Part shown: one piece after another, positions 12,601 to 23,973 of the stretch
Layout: each line of letters opens with the position of its first letter
How positions within the stretch are numbered: position 1 is the first letter of the stretch
Source: Zygnema circumcarinatum SAG 698-1b
Lineage: Eukaryota > Plantae > Zygnematophyceae
Length of the DNA: 64,000 nt
Assembly (NCBI GenBank): GCA_037447605.1
Contig: CM074821.1
Coordinates: 620,001-684,000, forward strand
Reading direction: 5' to 3'
The notes under the pieces: model-generated
The model's input: the letters and a program-made list of their open reading frames with translations, nothing else
What the model was told of the DNA's origin: nothing
Database searches by the model: none
Translations under genes and position numbers: made by a program

Positions 12601-15600
12601 CTTAAAAGCTTATGTCAGAAAAAATCAAACTTCAACAGTCTTATAAGCCTTTCTCACACCTTGTGTTTATAAGGCAACTACAAAGCTTCAATGTGAACCT
12701 GAAAATCCTGTGCAGACTCCTTCATATATATTGATTTCAAATTTCATAGGCAGTCATAATCATACATGGCCGTGCATGGCTCTAGCCCTAACGTGTTCGT
12801 TACAGTGCACAATTTCGCAACTGCAGCCATTAATAAAGGGGTGATTCGATATCATTTCCATCACCCCCAGCTATTTGCTTGAAGGAGAGTAAGTACGGGT
12901 TAAACATGGAAAGGAACATAGAAAGTATGGTTTAAATCCGTTCGCTGTTTGATGGCATGGAATACTCATAAATTAAAGAGTTAACCTCGGTTCAGATTGT
13001 GTCTCTTCTTGATCAATCGTACATTTACGGCTTCGAGACCAACTGATTACACCAATTCAACTTGCATTTCCAAATCTGCTCTTATGCCACTTGTGTGCAA
13101 TTCATCCCAATTGACCTAGCTGGTCAGTCCGGCTTCCTTTTCCTTAGGTGTGTTTTCTCACCTGTTTGACAGCCCTTTCCCTCTCCTCCTCCGCCTTTTG
13201 CTTTTCTTTCTCGGCCCGCAGCCTCTCCTCCTCTGCCCTCTGCCGTTGCACCCGTTCTTTCTCTCGCTCTCCTTCTGCTTTCCGCCGCCTCTTCTCCTCA
13301 GCCTGTGTCCTTTCCATGGCCTTCCTTGACTCCTCCTTAGCCGCTTCAGCTACCTGCTGAGCTTCCTGTGCAGCTCTTTGTGCTGCAGCGACTACCTCTG
13401 TCACTCTGACAAGCTCAGCAATAAGTCCAGCGAAATCATGGGCCTTTGAAACACTTGCAGCAGGTGAACACTCGTTTGCACTCCTGGCCATGGACTCACT
13501 GCCCATCCCCAAATCGTCCATCTGAAGACCATTTCCTCCACTCAAAATCCCAACTTCCCGTAGCATTTCCGGAGCTTCCCTTTCGCCAGTGCCGTCTGTA
13601 CTGAAAAATGGTTCTGGATTCTCCCTCCTAGATGACCTTATTGCCCGCTGATGACTATTTCGAGTTGTGATTCTATCTCCATCGACTACTTGCGAGCTTT
13701 TTGCTAACGTGCTTCCTTGCTCTGGTGGATAATTTGCTATGGAGGAAACGAGGACATCTCCGTGCAGGTTACCTGAAGGTCCCAAGCTTTGGTAGTCTGA
13801 ACCTGCGTATGAGGCTGCTCCTTTGCTCTCTACCACTTTCCTTTCGTTGCCCACGTTTTGGTAAGAATGAATTGGAATGATATATTCAGTGGTGAGGTGC
13901 TCAGAGCTGGTTATGGAGTCAAGAGGGTCGATAGGGAATGCAATCATGTCCGGAAAATGATCTCTGTCATGGATCACATTTGCAGCGCTCGAAGGTGGTG
14001 AAGTAGGATCACTATCTAAAAAGTAGGCGGACTTTCGACTGAAAGACTTCCCCACCGCCTGCCACGGCGGGCTTTTGCCACCCCCGTCATTCGCAGACAA
14101 TTTGGGTGTACTCAAATTGGAGGAAGTTTGGCGCACTGTGGGAGCGGACCCTCTTGAACTGTTCGAAGCGAGAAAGTCAGGAGATGTTTGATTAGGACTC
14201 GCTACGCGAGCTAATGTCTTCCAAGGAGTCGTCTTTTCATTGGCAGATATCGGGGGCGTTGAAGAATCGCTTGACGTACTCCACTGAGATAAGCTTTCTG
14301 ATGAAGATCGGTTCGTGAAAAAGGAAGATGATAGGGGAATGGATTGGGGAGTGGATGAAGGACGGCGAATGCTGGCAGTCTCCAAGGAAAAGCCGTCCAT
14401 ATCATTTGTGGCGGATAAGACTCGCAGTTTCTTGTTGCCTTGATAAACCACCAGGTTGCAGGTAAGAGGAAGATTAAGGACACAGTAATCCACTACCTTT
14501 CCAAGGCTTTTCCGCAACAGAGACCTGCAACCAAAGAATACTGTTAAAGGAACTCAAGGAAGATGACAAAATCACGCCAACTGGCAATGCAACACATGCG
14601 ATTTTCGAAATGAGCAGCTGATAAAGAATCTCCTTCAACGATCTCAAATCTGAATCGTAAGTTTCCCGCTTCCCAGTAAAACCGGATTGAAGTTTTTAGA
14701 ACTTGAGTGCTCACTTTTTGGAATTCATGTAAAGATTAGTAATCCCCAATTTCGCTGCTGCCTCACATAATCCCTCCCCTCTGTCGTCATTCGTCTCAAC
14801 ATACGCCTTGACTTGTCCAGGCTGTTTGAAATCAGGACATGGAAAGATTAGTTACATTTCCTGACAAAATCAAACTTTTCTGAAAATCCAAAACCAGTTT
14901 CAGCGTTTATTTGCATGCAATGATAACGAGCGAAGGGTTCAAACCTCGAGGCGAAACTCCTGTATGCACCACAACGCGATTGGTTGCAGGACCCCAAGAT
15001 GAGTCAACCTTTTGTGACAATCTACAAGTTCGTCGCTGGCTTGTGATACCTTCATCTCCTCTCCGTCTGCAAGCACGCAGCCGAATTCTAATTAAAAAAG
15101 AGGCATGGGGAAGGGGTCAAGAGTGGAGGGTCGGAGGTCCAACAGAATACAGAACGAAGAAACATGCCATTAATATGGAATATGAGGATTTATATGCATC
15201 AGGAGAGATGAAAACAGCAAGCACGGTAAATTCGCTCTTCAATTCAAAATGCAAGTCCAGTTCGACCATTTTGAACCTGATTAAATAGCAACGAAACGAG
15301 CATGACCAAAAACTTCTTCCCTGCAAGCTAGCCAAGACCACCTCCTGCATTTCGAACAGTCCCTCACAAAACAAACAAGGAGACACCAGCACCTTTCTCA
15401 ACAATGTAGCGTCAGGTGCATTCATCAACAATGCAGCATCAGATGATGACGTACGTTCATATCCTTCGATCGCTGTCATAACAGTAAGGAGGTGGAAGGA
15501 GACTGCAACTGCAGGCTCCAGCGCTCGGCCCGCCTTTATCGCCTTTCGGACGAGCTCTCTGCTCGCATCTCTCTCCCGCGTTATCTCTATAGCCCATCGC

Positions 15601-15638
15601 GCTACTCTCTGAGAAGAAGGTTCGTTCCAGAACGTCAT
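9607..15638 (-). CDS. U-box domain receptor-like cytoplasmic kinase (USP-like + Ser-rich linker + coiled coil + non-RD kinase + U-box), paralog 2
   Basis: Minus-strand exons at ~15638-15320, ~14820-14715 (VETNDDRGEGLCEAAAKL), ~14520-13160, ~11960-11630 (GDGGYGTVY, VAVKK), ~11120-10920, ~10737-10150 (HLDVKPANILL, DVGLAQ, GYVDPMY) and ~9831-9607 (U-box MENPVIAADGFTYERDAIEQW...SPIT). The 5' exon structure and start codon are uncertain. Confidence 0.9.
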
Positions 15639-15889
15639 GGCCGCTTTCAAGCCGCCGTCTCCCAGTTCCTGGAACGCCTGCCTGCTCCTAAACTCGAAAA
15701 AACCGCCACCATAAGTTCAGAAAAGAGCTTTTCTTGCAGTAAAATACTAGCAGTGCGGCTGCATCCGTCCGTCAAGAAGCTGTAAGAGGAAGCTCCTGCT
15801 CCGCCCCTCTGCAGGCGAGGCAAGGCGAGGCGGAGGAGGCAGCCAAGCTTGCAGGCTTGCAGGCAGACTTGCAGGGGAGCTCGAGGCGA

Positions 15890-16930
15890 CACGTGGCACG
15901 CCGACGCAGGAAGGGCACGCCTGCCCGAAATCGTTGGTCTTTGGGGGAAGGCAGGGCCGGGACTGCCCGAAAAAAAAAACGATTTTTCCAAAAACCGGTT
16001 TTCTAAGGACTTTGTGTAAAATAATGAAATGAACGCCACGTCGGATGTGACGCTTTACGGGAGAAATAAGCTTTCCAATCAGTATTTGACACGTGGAATG
16101 CTAGTACCCGACGTGGCCTACCGCGGTTACCGTCTTGCGTCGTCGCCGGCGGGGAGCCATATTGTTTCGAACAGCGACATCGACCGACGGTCACCGCGCG
16201 TCAATGGATACTAGCCAGCGTGGCAGAAGTACCTCACGTGGCATCGAGACCAGTATTGGCGACCACGTGGTAGGATGCTACTGGCAGGTGCATACGTGTC
16301 AGCCACGTTGGCGTCACGCTGTCGCAATAGTATTGATGGAATCTGAATAACTACCCGAAGGTCGAAGTTGCCAGTTTTCAGGGCTTAGTTTTGAGCAGTT
16401 GGAAGAACTAGAGAGCTGCCCGTGTCCTGAAGTATTCTGTGCCTGCCCGCAGGAGATTACAGTAGGGGTGACGTCACGTCCCGCTTGCAATCATGTCGGC
16501 GGTCGGCGTCTGTACGGCTCGCTGGGAGCACAAGCGCGGACAGGCGCTCCGTACGAAGCTCCGTGAAACCCGGGTGACGGAGATTACCGGATGGATCCTA
16601 GAATCCACCTGGGGGATAGATCCATCGGGATCGCCCACTGGGGAGGAGAACTTCGTGGCCAGGCTTCCAACAAGCGGATTCAAACTGGCCACGTCGGACA
16701 ACGATTTTATCCAATCATCGCTCGTCACGTGTCAACGCCATTTTGTTTTGACCTTTGCGACCTTGATCGGCGGTCACTCGCTGCGCGTCACCCTGGCATC
16801 CGTACCTATCTGGCAGCCACGTGGCAGCGTTTGGTTGGACAAATCACGATTTCCAGTCAACGTGTCGCATTTCTAATTTTATAAATATTTGAAATGCCCG
16901 TCATGGCAGCCACGTCGGCGCCACGTGCGC
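15890..16930. promoter_or_regulatory. G-box/ABRE-like (CACGTG, ACGTGG) cluster upstream of U-box kinase 2
   Basis: CACGTG at 15890, 16090, 16235, 16264, 16726, 16818, 16922, plus several GCCACGT/ACGTGG variants. Function is inferred only. Confidence 0.5.
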
Positions 16931-17748
16931 AAGCGCGCCCAGCTGGAGCCAGAAAATGCGTCGCAAACGACGGCGAAATTGAGTCCACTTTTAACCGCAG
17001 GACCAAGATCGCAAGATCGACGCTACCGGATCACCTGATATCGGCCAGATGTGGATCAACAATTCCGACGACCGTACTGCGGCCGTTGAAGCTCCTTGGT
17101 ATCTCCAGAGATTCTCGGCCTACGGAAGGCGACAACCGGACAGATTCTCGACCTACAGTACAGAAGGGGACAATCGCGGCTGTCGCTTCGACAAAGGTCA
17201 ACGGTCCAGCTGTTGGAAGCCTCGCGACAAAGCTCAGCCTAGTAACAAAACATCGCGAAAAGGCACAGCTTGTCCCATCTCCCCAGGTCCTCTACGACCG
17301 GTTCCTCGTGGTTCCCCATGTTGAAGTTGTTGTTGTCCATGTACCGTTGATGGCCTCGCCATCATAGTGAGATCAATGCCCAATCGCATAAAGAAGGAAA
17401 CCTGCTCCTGCCGTTGGCCTGCCCTGCAATCAGCCACCCTCCGTCCGCTCGCCATCCCTTACGGCAGCTCACATGCTCGCAGGCGATATTTTGCGCAGGC
17501 GGGCAGGCGGACCGACAGACGCAGTCGTACGGCGGCCATGCGTGCTGTGACAGGCCAGCTGGAACGCGCTGTGCCCGGAACCTGTGCAGAGTCGGTCGGT
17601 CGGTCAGTCCGTCGGTCAGTCGGTCGTGCGCAAGTGGGCGCGGGCAATTCGGGGGCGGGGGAGTTACCGCCGCCGCCGCAGTTACCGCCGGACGGGTGCG
17701 ACGCGCCGCGTGGCGGCAGCAGCGGAGGGTTCAGGGAAATAGAAAACG

Positions 17749-18030
17749 CAGTTCATTTCAGTTCAGTCACGTTAATTCCAGTTCTGTCCAGTCCAGCCAA
17801 GTTCGATTAAGTCCAGTGCAGTTCAGTTCAGTCCAGTTCAGGCGAGTCCAGTCCAGTTCGATTACGTCCAGTCCAGTTCACTGCAGTTCAGTCCAGTCCA
17901 GTTTAGGCCAGTCCAGTTCGATTAAGTCCAGTTCAGTTCAGTTCAGTTCAGCACAGTTCAGTCCAGTTCAGTCCAGTTTCAGGCCAGTCCAGTCCAGTTC
18001 AATTAAGTCCAGTTCAGCTCAGTTCAGTGT
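17749..18030 (+). repeat. Degenerate (CAGTT/CAGTC)n pentamer satellite, intergenic
   Basis: Run of GTTCA/GTCCA units with a recurring CCAGTTCGATTAAGTCCAG variant. Confidence 0.9.
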
Positions 18031-20652
18031 GTCAGTGCAACCCTTGGCAAGTGAACCGGGTGCGAGTGCCCTTAGCGGTGGCGGGGCGGTAGCGTCGAGC
18101 TAAAACACACCGTAAAACTCTTGCAGAATGAAAGAGTCGTTACCAGTAGTATTCGGATGCGTTGTGCCAAATTCGATACCGTAGCTAAAATTATGACTAA
18201 AAAAGTCTACGTACACCATAACCAAATAAATTCTTAAGAGAGGAAAATGGCATTGCATTCTTGAGGCATTTTGTAGACCAAAAAAGCGCGCTTGCTATAC
18301 ACGTCGAAGGTAGAACTTAGAACTTTTCTAGAACTAGAACTAGAAAAGATATTTTCCCACGCCGTTGACTTTCTCTGCACAACACAACAGTCACTTTACA
18401 TGCCAGATCACTTCATTTCGATCTCATTCCAGACTGTTCACATTCCCAATTCTTCCACCTCCTCCTTCCTCGATCTACAAACCTTGAAAGCACAGATTCT
18501 CATCACATCATACCTCCTAAAAAACACAAAAAAAAAGTGTAGTAATACGCGATTCACAGAAAAAAGTTTTTAACTTCTTAAGAAAAGTTGAGAATGACAC
18601 CTCTTCAAGCTGAACAGCTTCAATAGAGCAAAGGAGATATCGCTGTGGAAATGAGCCGTCTCTGTGACATCACAGAGCCAGCACCGTTATGGAAGCGGCG
18701 CAATAGTGGCCCTTCTTTGTTGCCCTAATTCCTTCCAGCAGAGGGCACTGGCATGGCGCCATGGCAAGCCTTCTCTACGCCCTTGGGATCCGCTCTTTCC
18801 CCCGACAGGGTGAGCATGCAGCTCAGTGCAGTCAATAGTGGAGAAGGGAAGCGGCGGGAGGAGGAGGTGAACTGCAAAAGATCAATGGTTGGGACCATTG
18901 CCAATGGTTGGCAATCATTGAAACCAGTGCAGTGGTTGGCTCGTCTGACCTGTGCAGAAAGTCCATGGCTTCCCACTTTCGGCGTCCCTTCTTTGGGTCC
19001 CCCCCCAGTGCCCGAGCGTACCGTACGGTCGCTGTTGACCCGCTGGCAGCTGGTGCGAGAAATCGTACGGCGAAAGTCGGGCCGGAGTAAAACCACGACC
19101 AGCAGTCATCCTCTTCCGGACCGCGCCCCGAGCCTCGTGCCGTACGCTTTACACGTACTTCTGCGCGAGCCGAATCTCCATCCGAACCTGCAGCCCGCTC
19201 CGAGCCGCCGCCGTACCGTTTGTATGCCCTTTGCTTCATGTGGCCTTTTCCGCCGTTCCGTTACGCCGCTCTGGCCCCACCGCTCCCCGTAATAACAGCA
19301 CATCGGATACGACAATTCCTCAGATTGACTGAATCTGACGTGGCAAAGTGGAATCTGCACGTGTCAGAGGACATAGTGAGAATTTCCAAATTTTGTCAAA
19401 TTGTTCGATTTCCTTAAAAACTACAAACTTTATTCTAAAGTTGCAAAACTGAAGCAAACCTGCGGTCGGTTTCTAAGCCCGACGCCTCTATGACGTCATC
19501 ATACGTACGCCTGTTGCGGACGTTTCGAGCCGTTGAACGGTTGCAGTGCTCCGCAGGTTTGTAAGTCCTACGAAAAAAAAAAAAAAAACAATGATGGCAG
19601 ATTTTGCTGTTGTTCTGCGAGAAAATCATGGATCCACAGATGTTGATTCACGAAAGCTTAACATTCACTGTCAGGTTTAGCATCGATTGTGGATCTAGAT
19701 CTTGAGTTGATCCTTAGCGTGGACCGTCAACGGTCACGAGGCCGAGCCTAGCCTGCAACGCGTCCTGCTCTGCTCTTGGAACGTTGCAGGCAGGCAGGCA
19801 GGCAGAAGGGGAGGCAGCTCCGTCTATGGCGGCCCTGCTCCTCTTGGCACGCCTTGTTCAAGCATAGGATACTGCTGCTCCTGGAAAGGGCTGTCAATAG
19901 CCTGCTGGCTGCTGCTGAGCATGTTCGTTATGCATTGCGAGGAATGACGGTTCTGTTCCAGAGACGGAGGAAGGAAGACATTTTGCTGCAAGAAACTGTT
20001 GACTTCAGGCGTCTTGCTTAGGGCATTATCTTGTTCGCTCATTTGAGTGGCTAAAGCTCGGTTTTGAGGGTGAGAAGTGAATCCTGAACGGTTTTTTTTA
20101 TCGTAGAGCGATTGCTGGAGAGTCCACAGAGCACTTAGTCAACTTTCAGCGGGGAGTCTGCGAAGTGTCATTTTTTGGCGGGGCCTTCTTGTATAAAATT
20201 TGACATGCTTGTTCTTCAGTTGTTCCAGAACGGCGGCAAAATGAAAGATGACAATGCCTGCATCATTTGCATGCAAACTATGTCTATTTGTTGTTTTGTA
20301 TGCTCCAGTAGCAGCGTCATGCTCGTGGTTTTTCTTTCCACTCTTTTTTTTTATGCAAGCCTGACGGCGTCTGCGTTAATGAACCTGTCAGTGAGGGAAA
20401 CGTTGGTAACTCGCTTAGTCAGTCACCGAATCTTATCAGCATAGTCAGTCGCCTAAATATGTCGCCGCCGTTCTTAGAGCGTATCACTCTGATCCTTACC
20501 GCTTTAGATTGATGCATTAGCTCTTTTATTTCACTTTTGTGCTGAGTTTAAAGTCTAGGATTCTCCGCACTGAATCAGGTCTTTTTCGTCTTCGCAGTTA
20601 GCAAGCGACACAATCGACTGTGTCTCTCATTTACGTCAGACTTCAAGGCAGG

Positions 20653-23600
20653 ATGGGTGGTCTATGTTCAACGCCAATAACTTCTGATGACAATGGACGA
20701 ACAGCAACTCCCCAGAAGCAGACCAATGGTACAGGTACACATATTTTTCTCACACTCTCTTTCTCCTACCTTAAACCCCCATAGAACAGTCTTGTTGACA
20801 GGTGAATTTTCTGCTACGTGTTGTCCTGGTACAAGTTGTTGACAATATGGACTATTCCAATTTTAGGTCTAACCTCCATGTTCCTGTGTTTTCGTATTCC
20901 TTCCTCGCTTTACTCTAGGATGTCTTATCCTTTGTAATTTTTCTAGTTATTGCTGCCAACTCTTTCTTTATTGAAGTTGGACATGTTGCACTGATAAATG
21001 TTTGATTGATTCACATCGTGCAGTTCCTCCTAAACCTCAAGCTCCTGCCCCTCCATCAAACAGGGGATTGAATGTCGACACACCACAGCTGAGTTTGGAA
21101 GAATTTAAGGAGGTGACAGATAATTTTTCAAACTCAGCTCTCATTGGTGAAGGCTCCTACGGCCGCGTCTATTATGGTCTCTTGAAAGATCAAAGCGCAG
21201 CCGCCATTAAAAGACTGGACAGCAACAGTCAACCAGATGCTGAGTTTCTGGCAGAGGTTAGTAATGTGATTGAACCGAGAGAAGCTCCGATTTTCTATGT
21301 GAGCAATATGACATGCTCTCAGACATGCTACGAGCTACATATATGGGCCATCTTCTGTCAAATTTTTGCGTTCGATATGTATGTTGGTCCTTCACCAGGA
21401 AGCATGCATCTACGTCTGAAATAATTATCATGGCAAGCCTAAACTTGTAACTATTTGCGGACTGGTTTTGTTGTTAACAGCTCGCAGGAGTGAGTCACCT
21501 GAAAAACGACCATGTAGTGCGGTTGCTTGCATATGCTATGGAGGGGCAATCAAGAATTCTCGCTTACGAATTTGCTCCTTACGGCAGCCTGCATGATATT
21601 ATCCACGGTAAGTCTTAGGCCTGTGCAGGTGTTTTTGGGGAGCTTTCTAGCTCAGGACTGTCAGATACTTACTTCTTCCAAAACTTTTGGACACTTAAAT
21701 CTTGCCTGTCTGGTGCAAAAGAGTAGCAAGGATTTAGTTAGTTTGTCATTGAAAAGATTCCTTATCAGGAGATTGACTGGTGAGGAAGCCACTCGAAAAG
21801 GTGTACCATGTTTGCGTTTGGAGTTTAGAGATTGCTAGCACTTGTACTTCCTGTTTTCTTGGACAAGTGTTCGAGGTCGTAAATGTTTTTTTGTCATGCA
21901 TTCTGTACTTGTCTAACTCTGTCAAGTCTGCACTTTGACAATGTTCATTGAGTTCATGCCCATTAGTGCATTAATATATGGTTTTGATTATGAAGCGATT
22001 CTGGTGCCTTAATGTGCCTTTGAAAGATTTTCTCACGTTTGATGCTTGTTGTTTCAGGCAAGAAGGGGAAGGCAAAAGCTGAGCCAGGCCCTGTGCTGGA
22101 CTGGCTGCAACGAGTCAAGATTGCTGTGGGTGCTGCGAAGGGGTTGGAATATTTACATGAGAAAGTGAATCCTTCAGTGGTTCACAAGGATATCAAGTCG
22201 TCAAATGTCTTGCTCTTTGAGGATTTTAACGCCAAGATTGCTGATTACAATTTGTCAAACCAAGCGCCTGATCAAGCAACTAGATTGCATTCAACTCGTG
22301 TTCTTGGCACGTTTGGCTATCATGCCCCCGAGTACGTCCGCTTATCCCAGTTTCTGGTTCTTTACCTCCATTTTACTTCGTTTAATCCCTAGGTCAATAC
22401 CCTTCGTGTGATGCTGCGGGTTGACATTGACCTTCATATTTTCCAATCCAACTATCCTCCCATGTTGTTCCTTTCACTAGACTATTGTGTAGTAAGGTTG
22501 CATTTTGGTATGCTACCATGGTTGAAGTATTGCAATTTCCGATTAGAACAGAGAACGGCCACCCTTTGTCGTATAATGTCCATTATTTTCGTTGTTATTT
22601 CTAAGAATTAACAGGATTTCTACCAAGTGAGTTATCAAAAAACCATTGCTCAATCCTCCATCGTTTTGTGAAGCTTCATTGTCCAGCCTTTTGTGTAATA
22701 TTTATAATTTTCTCTCCCCTCTGTGGATTTCAGAGCTCGCCAGGGCTTTTCCAATGCGAAATGTCTCCCTTACAAGCTGGACCTCGCTATCCCTGTACTG
22801 CGTGTGCAGATATGCTATGACTGGGCAGCTCACACAGAAGAGTGACGTTTATAGTTTTGGAGTGGTCCTGCTGGAGCTACTCACTGGAAGGAAACCTGTG
22901 GATACCTCGATGCCGAAGTTCCAGCAATCTCTAGTCACTTGGGTGAATACTTCTGGCCCCTATGTGCTTCTTGGGTCATCGCGAATACTTCTTGGACTTG
23001 GACTTTGTTCCTGGATTGGTGGCCTGCTTGAATCGGGTCTCTTGTATTCAGTGACATTTTCTCCTTTTTTGTTTTTGTAGTTACACCTTATCTTACATGT
23101 TTTACTAGGATTAGTTATTGCTGGGACTTCATTCATAATGATTTCTGGCAGTGAATTCGTTCTGGATGGTTGCTTCAACGATTATAGTTTTAGAACGGAG
23201 GTCATAATGGAATCAACGGTGGGAACGGATAGGCAAGACTCGTATGATTGTATTTCAAATGAGGTACAGGTGAACAAGGGGCCTCTACGTCTTTAATGTT
23301 TTGGCCAAAGCAATTGTGGTCTTTCTTACACCTGACATGAGTTTTAATTTTTCTCTTTCACAGGCCCAACCTCGCCTAGGAGAGGACAAGGTGAAGCATA
23401 TTGTGGATCCACGTCTTAAAGGAGAATATCCCCCTAAGGCTGTTGCCAAGGTATTGCTCTTTATTTTCCAATGTTCTGATGACTACTTGAAACTAAATTT
23501 GCCTTTCTGTTGACTCTTGTGCAGTACCGCCAAATGTCTTTGAGGGGGTCTTTTTCCATTCTATGCTTTTGTCTTGAATATGCTTTGGAGAAAATTCGTT

Positions 23601-23973
23601 TCCCATTCTGTTAGAATATGAGAGAGTTTCTTGTGATGGTGAAACCTCCTTTTCCATCTGCTTTTGTGTCAGCTTATTCCAGGTTTCTTAGCAGCTTGTC
23701 CATGTCTCCGGTTAGTTAGGATTTTCAATAGAGGTAAATCCATGTCCTTGAGGCAAAGTGCAGACCTTCAGTTTCATACCTGTCAATATTTTTTCTGTAA
23801 GTTTCTCATTAGTGTTCTCCTTGGCATTTATTGGACGAATCCATGTACAGATGGCAGCAGTGGCTGCGTTATGTGTTCAGTATGAGGCTGACTTCCGGCC
23901 AAATATGAGCATTGTGGTCAAGGCACTCTCTCCGCTCCTCTCCGCTCCCAAGGCATCTGTGGCCGATGAGTAA
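20653..23973 (+). CDS. PTI1: PTI1-like (Pto-interacting 1, RLCK-VIII) cytoplasmic protein kinase
   Basis: Seven exons in frame: 20653-20734 (MGGLCS...), 21024-~21257 ([31 protein letters not shown]), ~21481-21607, ~22059-22331 ([51 protein letters not shown]), ~22810-22943 ([31 protein letters not shown]), ~23364-23450, ~23851-23973 ([25 protein letters not shown]). These are PTI1 signature strings. Confidence 0.95.

Noticed and set aside
16474-17400. Degenerate inverted repeat or MITE centred near 16880, and ORFs in this region
   Set aside because: Only short inverted matches with inconsistent spacing; no TIR/TSD or protein motif.
17414-18103. 229-aa Ser/Gln/Val-rich ORF (also 52780-53101)
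   Set aside because: Translation of the (CAGTT)n satellite.
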